Source of the DNA: Trichoplax sp. H2
Lineage: Eukaryota
DNA: 62,959 nt
Assembly (NCBI GenBank): GCA_003344405.1
Contig: NOWV01000290.1
Location: 1 to 62,959 of the forward strand
Direction: 5' to 3'
Below, piece after piece: positions 53,903-62,959 of this stretch. Every line of letters starts with the position of its first letter. Positions within the stretch are counted from its first letter, which is position 1. The position numbers were made by a program, and so were the translations under genes. The notes beneath the pieces were generated by a model. It was not told where the DNA came from. It was given only the letters and a program-made list of their open reading frames with translations, and did not search any database.

Positions 53903-56900
53903 TTATTTGGAATTCTTCTTATGGACCTTGGGCATAGAGCCCACAACCTTAAGTTTCTGCACCTAAATTTTAGATAAATTGTCTACATGAATTCAATCCT
54001 AATTTATATGAATACAAGTTAAGGGGCCAGAATAGAAAGATGTTACAACCTCTTCCGCCGATTTCAAAAAGTTATGCATCTCTTCTTCAGCAATATCTTC
54101 CTGACCTAGCTCTTCCCCATTCTGCGACTAATGCAAACATATCTTACCATTATTATCATAGAAACTAATATGAGAAACGCCAGCAATAACTGATGTAGAC
54201 AATCTTGGTAGAACATACCGACGATGGCATTAACTGACATAAACGTGATTCATAGTATCCATCAGCCAAGTCGTCCTTGTAAGCGTCAAAAAAAATTAGA
54301 AATAAAGCCAGAATGACTTGCCTTACTAGCCATAAACGATGAACAAAATAATACTGTGATCAAAGTTACTTACTTCTGAATAGCCATGAGCAAGTAGTAA
54401 CTTGATAACGGCTTCATTGTGTTCGCCGGGATTAGTATGAATTCCTTTTAGAGTTTTCCACAAATCCTCTATTCAACAATAAATTATCAATTTGAAGATG
54501 AAGCAGTAATTCTTCTCTCTCACCAAATCAAGGCATGCAGAAAATTTCAAGCATGATGCGCGTATAAAAGATAATTACCTTCGTTCACTTCTTCACCATT
54601 CAACAACAGGCTTTCCTTAACTTCTTTAATGGCCTTTCGATTTTCTAGGGATTTCCGTTGATTTTGCGCAAAGGATATGGGCTATTCACGTTTATTAAGC
54701 AGTAATAGCGCGAGTAAAAATAACAATTAAAATATTGTCATCTTTATAATGTTTCTGTCTATATTTTAAATGTACCGCATAAGTCTGAGCATCAGCTTTT
54801 TCTTTTCTAAAAATGATAACATAAATTTTGAAAATTAGCATACGGAGTAAAAGGTGCCCTAGAAGCACCGTAAAAGGATAATCGAAATAGGGACAAACAT
54901 TGAGTGTTTAATGACTTCTTTATATTTAATAATTTTTGGTAGATAATGGGCAATCTTCTTTCGTGAGATATCTATGAATAATGCAAATTGCATCAGTTTA
55001 CTAATGCTATCGACCAAATCTATTATTAGAAAAGATGAATTTAGCACATTCACATGATACTGCAATCATTACCTTGCTTAATCCATGGTAGAAATTTAAT
55101 GCAATTCATGCAAACATCTTCAATTTCACGTCTCCTCTAGAAGTATAGAAAACAAGCACTAATTTTTGAGACTATGCAACGCAATCTTGACTGAAGTACA
55201 AATGTAATACATACTTTCATGAATATGCCAGTGCTAATTTTACAATCCTTGCATATTGCGTCTATATTTGCCTAAAGAAAAAGGATAGGCATTGGATAGA
55301 AAATCTCTCATTAGCAAATGCTTCACTCATGCATAATTATAAAACTGCATCATAAACAACGTGTTGCAAAGTTCATGTATAATGAGTAATAGTGTTTTTC
55401 ATTATAGTTAGAACATAATTTGGCTGGTACCTTAGGACTATCACTTGACTTTAAAGCAAGGTAAGCAGCTGCACCTATCAGAGGTGGTCTCCTTCAATAA
55501 GACAATATATTGCTGTGTTTATTCACTTGATATTAGTGAAATTCGTACAATAATTGCCTACATAATACGCGTACACGAAAAGATCACCATCAATTTATAA
55601 CTATACTTACAGTCGTCCAGTATCGAGCCATTGCACTTCAACGCAAAACTGAACAATTCTAATCGCAATTAATAATTATAATTAATACATGGCGTCAATC
55701 AATGGTACTTAAAGAAAATTCAAAAGCAAAGATCCATTTACTCAGTTGCGAGTTGCTTGATTTTAAAATCTTTGATGGGTATCTTGGAGGAGATAATTTC
55801 CATATGCTATAACAAAACGCAAAGTACTGTAGTGCTTAATAACTAGGCTCGAGAGAGGAATAATTTGGCTCAACCTATATCAATGTTGCTGTAAGGGAGC
55901 TAATAATAAGAGTAGCAATGTAACTACCTCTGCAATAGTTGGTTCAGGAATAGCCAAGGTGAGATTTAACTCACGACAAATTTTCTTAGACATGTTGCTA
56001 ATAGCAGATTCATTAAATGGAATCTTCTGCGCAATATCTTTAAGAAATATAGTAACTCCATTCTGACGACATACTATAAATATGCATCTATGATAATAAA
56101 AGCTACTTTAGAATTATCTTGATATTTTGCATGTACTTTAAATAAACTGGCAGTTTGTACCCAGCAGCTACAAGTTTTTCTCCCTGGAAATATCGGCTCT
56201 TAAGGTGTTTATACAACTGCTTCAGTAGATTTAGCGCCTAATTTTTTAATTTGAAACAAGGTTAATTTTTAAAAAAGGTATCTAAAATAGCTGTAAATAA
56301 ATGATGTTATTAATTCAAGAGATATTCCCTAAGAAAGTCAACGCTCGCATATATCAGAATAGATACAGTAGAGTAACTTTAGGATTGATCATAATTATTT
56401 TTGATTCAGTTAATAACTCGATACAGTATAAAATAACATTGTAAAGAATGAGATCGTAGGGCAAACTTATAAATTTTTCGTACATTACCTGATCCTGTAT
56501 ATCACTTGGAAGGCAGAGAGTTTTGGTTAAGCGTTTCACGGTACGGAATGATTTTCGCTGAAATTGATGAGTATTATTTAGTCATGTTAAGTTGTAGTAC
56601 GCATAATACAGTAAGTCTTCTATGGTTTTACAGGCTCTTTGAAGTTGATTATTATCAAGGCTACTGAATCTTTCAGCATTGCTATTGATGATAGGTACTC
56701 TAAATTGAACAGGATTGGAATAATGTATTGATAACTAATGTCTGTTTTAGCATGTGTACATCTTTAACTTATCGCGTTCCTGTTTTACGAAAGAAAAAAA
56801 ATACAATAATAACGTGCTTCTTGCCATTTGTTAGCCATTGCAACGGTTGGTCGATACAAATCATTCAAGAAATTATAGTGTGGTTCTATACAACAACACT

Positions 56901-59416
56901 ATGTAATATCATCATCTATTCATGCACGGACAAGAACCATTTTTAATTTTACAGAGCCTGGTTAAATAAGCTGATGGTTGTAATCCTCTCTAGAAAGCGA
57001 TTTCTTACCCTAAAAAGAGTCACGTTACTTTTGGAACCTGCAGCTCCACTACGAGTCCAGTGGCTTATTTCAATACCGATGGAATAGAAAATAATTAATA
57101 CAAAACTCAGCTATATATCCTGTAGCATTAGTACTTTTAATTTTGCTCTACTTTAAAGCTCTTGCATTAACTTTAGACTAAGCTCATGAAAATGGCATGA
57201 TAGCAGCAGAATCTAAAAGGATACAGTAAAGTTATCAATTTATCAGACTAGACACGATTAGTCCAGTCGTATTAAGCTAGGGTTATTATTGCTTCTAATT
57301 TTGTACTTACCTATCATTAGGGACATAGACAGTGTGCTCATTGAATGCCTTGTCCATATTGTGAGAAACCATATCTCCTATAACGACACCACAGTTTTTG
57401 CATACCTTATCGTGAATGATAAGCACAACATTTAAAATTGAAATCATATTGTAACGCGTTAGGTTATTCTAGTACAAAGCTATGAGATCTAGAAAGGCTC
57501 GATTTCAACTGAGAGTAGCGTTGGTTGGAGATTCTGTACAATACTCTGGATCAAGAAATGTAAGTCGATAATCTATAGGTAGGATTCTTGGTCCAAACCA
57601 TTGGTATGATTAATTAGCAAACTAGCATACAAGTCCCATTGGAGATATCGTATGATAAAATAGTATACTTTAATACGACTCTTGAAAGCCCTCAAATTCA
57701 GTTCAACTGATGTAAGTAAATTTATAATTAGTATCTTCTTACTAAACTGAATACTGCCAGATAACCTATAAGCAGTTAGCACGGTAAGTATAAACTGTCA
57801 AGGCACTGTATAGACTTTTGTATAGAAGGATATGCAACTCAAGAAAGCGAAAGTATCTACATAATCTCGACTAAATGCCATGTATACAAGAATATTAGTA
57901 GTCTTCAAGAATTATTCGACAGGCAATGATGTATAAACCGTCGCTATACGGCAATCTGCTCATGAGAAATCCCTATGGTTGACTTTTTGCATAGACGAAG
58001 ATGCAACTCAAGATTGAGATATCAAAGTCATTTGGAATAGCTGAACTAGATGCCATGCGAACGAGAGTTACTAATCTTTAACGAATATCCGACCGATAGT
58101 GATGTATAAACCAACAATACACTGCAATACTCCACATGAAATACCAATCATAGATTTTTGATATACATAGAAGGCCATGCAGCTCAAGATAGATATACTG
58201 TAGATTTACTGTACGTCATCTCGAACAGCAGGACTAAACGCCATGCAAACGTGAATATTATTAGTCTTCAAGAAATATTCGACCAGTTGTGATTTACAAA
58301 CTATCGATATACTACATACTACTCATACAATCCCTATTATTGACTTTTTATATACAAGGATGCACAACTCTAGGCAGAGATAGTATCTACATCCTCTTGG
58401 ATAGCTCAACGAAACGCGGTGCAAACGAGAATATTATAATAGCGAGTATTGAGTCTTTCGAAAATATTCGACCGATATTGATGTACGATTAAACTGTAGA
58501 TACGTCTATATTGCAACACTACTGATGAATTTCTATCATGAACGTTCTGTATAGAAGGCTATTGAACTCAAGGCAGGGAAAGTGCAGTGCCTCTATCATC
58601 TTGGATAGCTCGATTAGATGCGATGCATTACGAGAAAATGATAATAGCGAGTACTATTATGAGTTTTTAGGAATTATTCGGCCGGTATTGATATCTAAAT
58701 CGTTACTATACTGCAATACAACTGATGAAATTTCTATCATGAACGATTTACTTAGAAGGTCTTGTAACTCAAGGCAGCGATAGCACAGTAACAACATTAA
58801 TCTTGAATAGCTCAATTTGATGCGATGCAAACGAGGATACTTATGATTACAACGAGTATGATATTATTGGTTTTCATGAAGTATTCGACCGGCAGTGATG
58901 TATAAACTGTCGATATAGTGTAATACGACTGATGAAATTTCTATCATTAACTTATTGTATAAAAGGCCATATAACTCAAAATAGAGAGAGATAGTATCTA
59001 TATCATCTCCAATAGCTCGATTACATGCCACATCAAGGAGAATTATTATTAATCTTCAAGAAATATTCGACTGGAAGTGATGTCAACAAGTCCTAGCTAC
59101 GACACGAACGATCCTATCGTATCCTACGTTTTCATGGCTTTACTAAGATATTGTACATCGTCTAGAATCATTTGACAGGGGAATACCAGTCTGTAGTGTG
59201 TAAAGTAGATATCCAATGACATCAATAACCTTCATCAAAGGGCAAATACAAGCTCTTTCCACTCAATGCAAGCGAGATCAAAGTGAAACTCGCCATGTTT
59301 ACTAACCACACAGTACTTACACGACTTCGTTCAGTGCCAATGTTGTCATAATCAATTTCTCGACTTCCACACGAGTGGCATTGCAATGGATTACTCGATG
59401 AAGCAACCATATTCAT
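53903..59416 (-). CDS. BRF2: TFIIB-related factor, BRF2-like (TFIIIB 50 kDa subunit), multi-exon
   Basis: Zn ribbon CHSCGS..|VCKNCG; cyclin-fold repeats (LVAAGCIFIVCRQNG; WLDTGRLRPPLIGAAAYLAL; KFLPWI); TBP-anchor-like EDIAEEEMHNFLKSAEEV near the C-terminus; short overall length. The exon structure around 56600-57050 is uncertain. Confidence 0.8.
57780..59090. repeat. Degenerate tandem repeat (~175-215 bp, ~7 copies) in BRF2 intron 1
   Basis: Recurrent ATATTCGACCG..TGATGTATAAAC..TATAGAAGG..CAACTCAAG motifs. Confidence 0.8.
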
Positions 59417-60037
59417 GGTGGCGTTCTAAACGATGTTGCTACCTCGCTGGAATACAGTATTAGCCTTCAAATGGCGACTAAATTGAAGAAGAAACGATAT
59501 TTAATAGCTCCCTTAGCCATGTTGAAATGTTGGCTAGTGGAATAGGAGGTCGCTTATAGGCTTTTATAGGGAACGTAAGGACTGTAACGGTAGCGTAGGC
59601 TAACGTTCACTCGATCTGAAAGTGGAAGGGTTTGTGCCCGAATGGCTCAGTTTGAGTAGTGCATTTGTATGACGTAGCTTGTGGAGTCGTGATCTTGTAT
59701 AGATGATGACGATGCCACGTCCAGGACATAGAATGATTCCATACGGTACACTATAGAGATAAGACATGTGTATGGGGTACTATACTGCACAAACTATCAA
59801 AAGCCTGAGGAAGCGAGGACTGGCTAGCTGGTAGCCAGTTGCACAGCAACCAAAACTACCTCAGCTTTCGATCTTATATTTCCTCTACTGGAAAGATGAT
59901 TCTGTATTTTCCACCTTGTTGAAGCTGCTGCTAAACTTACAGAGTGTTCTTCCTATGCCTTTCAGTCTTACTGAGTGAATAATTGTATAAATTGGGTGTG
60001 TAGTATTTGAAGTTGGTCGGTTTCTTCCATTTTAGCC
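59417..60037. promoter_or_regulatory. Divergent promoter region BRF2/POP7
   Basis: The start codons face apart with 621 bp between them; an acceptor-like ccattttag lies just before the POP7 ATG, suggesting a 5' UTR intron. Confidence 0.6.
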
Positions 60038-62314
60038 ATGGAAGAAGGCGGTGGTGCAGAAGCAGAAAATCAAGAATGTAAGTTGAAATTTTATCCTTGG
60101 AGGAAGCTTTCCTTCATTAATCAATAGCATAATTTTAAATAACCAGTGGTAAAAGAGAGTAAGTTTGCATGGTAGAATAGTAGTGGACGCTTTAGATAAA
60201 GATTCAGTCCTACGATCAACGTGATAGCAGACTAGCGTCGGCTTCTGTGTCGATAATGGACTATTCGTAGCGAGATTGATGCAGAATACAGAGTCATAAT
60301 TGCGTGATCATAGCATGGTTATCATCGAGCACGAATAGCATAGTATACAGTCGTTGCAAATGAGTTGTAAGAGAGAGTATATCTGAATGAGAGAATAGTG
60401 ATGGGCGCTTTAGATAAAGATGCAGTCCTACTGTTAGCGTTATAGCAGACTAGCATCTATGAAAAGTAGAATATTTTGCCTATTAATTAGTAACGTAAAT
60501 TAAATAGGATATAGTCCTGATGGAGTGATCGTAGAAAGGTCATCATCGATGATGTATAGCATAGTTTACAGTAGTTTGCAAGAGCAACTGTAATATTAAC
60601 CTTACTGGTGACTAGCATCAATTTCTACATCAATATTTTACTGTTCGTAACGTCAATAATGTGAAACAGAGAGTGCTCGTAGTGTGATCGTAGTAAGGTT
60701 GCCTTCAAGCCTGAATACCATAGATATAGGATAAAAGTAGTCGTAAGAGAGAGTAAGTTTAAGTAGCGGAATAGTAGTGGACTATTTAGATAAAGGTGCA
60801 GTTTTCGTTTCAACACTTTACGCGTAGTAATTTGGCATCTACTTCTACGTCAATATTTTAGCTTGTTTGTAACAAATTATAAATCATAGCAAGTCCTAAT
60901 ACTTTGATAATGTCGTTAGCGTTGGTTGGGTAATTATAGTAAAGTTAAAATTATCAACGAGCTGCCGTGAATGACATCAAATCGGACTATTTTTTTCTTA
61001 TACATGCTATACCTTTGAATATATATATATTTATATATATATAGATCTAATTCGAAAGAGACTACCTAGATCCTTACCTAAAAGGAAGAATGATGTGTAT
61101 GTCACACGTAAAACCAATTTTGCTGCTCAAATAAAAAAATGTAGTAAACTCTTGGAATCAGAGTAAGGCTTTTCACGAATCTTTCTTTAAAGAAATTACT
61201 TACCTTGATAGTACTGTAGACTAAAAGTAATTGTATTGATAGCTCTGTTAAGGATAATATTGGTACATAGAATAGTATCGAAGCACGACATACGGTTAGC
61301 ATCAGCAATTGGATAGGTAATAGCTGTACTATCCTAGCGAATTGGCGGACATTGCTGTTGCTACCCTGAATGCCTCCGATACTGTCCATAACCTGATATT
61401 AGCCGTAACAGCTCAATCTTTTATTCCTAAAAATACGACTATAACAACTGCTACATATCTCGTACGCAATTCAACACTTTTTTGAACCGAAACAGATTTA
61501 CAGAGATTCATATTCATGGCCTCGGTGCTGCTGTTAATAGAGCCATCAATCTTGCCTTGCAATTAAAATTGACCAGCAGTGGAGGCTTGGAGGTGAGACG
61601 AATTTTTTGTACATTTCCAAATGGATAACAAACACTCTTTGATGAATAATTATGCCTAAAGTAGCTATACCGAACGCTATATGATTACTCATAATTATGC
61701 CAACGTCCCATACACTATGAAATGAACTAAAACTGCGCTATAATAAAGCTCAAAGTACAATTATGGAACACATAATTGATTATTTTTTGCTGTATAGGTA
61801 TCTACGACAACATCGACTGTGGAGTTGTTTGACGATTTCGAATCTCTTGATGAGGTATGCTTATGTTTTTGCAGAAGAGCGCCTTTGATGTTATATCTTA
61901 CTATACACATACGTAGTAAATATCCAGCTTCCTGTTCTTACAAAACGGGATAATAATGATGTTGTAAGTTACAATTTGTAATTGCTGTAATTGATAGCTA
62001 TCCAGGTTATCCTAGTTAACTAATTATATAATGTTACAGTCATAATCTCATTGATTGCAGTTTGATAGGGAGCTATCGTAATACTGTATGATGTACTGTA
62101 TATCTACAAATGCAAAGATATACAGCTGCCTCTTTATTGCTGTTTTTGCCAATACTACACTAGGCTTGATAATTCTTAGGTAAGACGAGCGTATACCTAA
62201 CATCGGGTTGTTTTTATCGTTACATTTTAGACATTACCATCGAAGAAATCTCAATTAAGGCAAAATTCTGCTATACATATTAAAGTCTATAAAATTATTA
62301 AAGTAGCAAGCTGA
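60038..62314 (+). CDS. POP7: RNase P/MRP subunit p20 (Alba fold), 5 exons
   Basis: Exons 60038-60077, 61045-61162, 61496-61592, 61798-61854 and 62231-62314 encode RKRLPRSLPKRKNDVYVTRKTNFAAQ, EIHIHGLGAAVNRAINLALQL, TSTVELFDDFE and RQNSAIHIKV. Confidence 0.95.
60150..60860. repeat. Degenerate repeats in POP7 intron 1
   Basis: GAATAGT..TGG.CGCTTTAGATAAAGAT.CAGTCCTAC at ~60175 and ~60393, with an older copy at ~60770. Confidence 0.7.
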
Positions 62315-62959
62315 AGAAAATTGTCAACGTTTATTTATGCAATTAAGACGTCAACTCTAAGACATAAACTATTTTATTAAAGGCAGATAGTAAACAATTA
62401 CTTTGCAGTGTTTCTTAAGGTTAAAGGAATGTTATAGTTTCATTCTGCGAAATTAAAAAGAGTAAAGAAATCATTTCCTAATATCAGTTATTACTATTAT
62501 AGTTATTTTCAACGTTTTTGTTATGTTTTATGGCTGGGAAAAAAGCCTTTCAGTGAAATGAAAAACGAGTACATACAGTACAGTATATGAGAGTATCGTT
62601 TTACAAATGAAAAAAAAGATGAATGGTATTTTTCTAATTGCTATGGCTATTGCAATTATTTTGAATATTAGTCGCTATTTTAAGATAGGAATAAGTCTGT
62701 CAGCCAATTGAAATACATGTATCGTTCAGCATTTCTAATATAGCTCCTGCAACTGCAACTGGAAGTTAAATTTGCAACACAGATTATGCAACCCTAGATA
62801 ATTTTGTACATAGTGTACTGCATGAAGTCATTGCATGCAATTTGTAACTGCAGTAATGAAGGTACTGATTATGTTAACCTTAGATGGATAAAGTTGTGTT
62901 TTTAATAAACTTGGCTCAACAGCAGCTCCTGTATATGTATGTTACACCTACAGCTGCTC

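Noticed and set aside
1..62959. tRNA, rRNA, snRNA genes and autonomous transposons
   Set aside because: None recognised by eye; covariance-model searches could still find small RNAs.

Overview
AT-rich, intron-dense eukaryotic (animal) genomic DNA. The CISD2 protein matches my recollection of the Trichoplax adhaerens (Placozoa) homologue, so a placozoan origin is likely, but this is unverified. I reconstructed nine spliced genes by hand: an ankyrin-repeat gene (-), ZNF207/BuGZ (-), CISD2 (-), PRPF31 (+), ATF4-like bZIP (-), Unkempt (-), DRG2 (-), BRF2-like TFIIB-family factor (-) and POP7/RPP20 (+). Most of the supplied ORFs are exon fragments or spurious. Intergenic and intronic DNA carries many 70-230 bp tandem arrays. 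Most notable observations: (1) a six-unit array of long fold-back hairpins with conserved arms and 30-33 nt hypervariable loops (a repeat-spacer-like layout) at 41873-42768; (2) a complete two-uORF delayed-reinitiation leader on ATF4; (3) a U12-type intron in ZNF207 and a GC-AG intron in DRG2; (4) a head-to-head BRF2/POP7 pair; (5) an apparently RING-less Unkempt. All exon coordinates were read by eye and no database searches were run.
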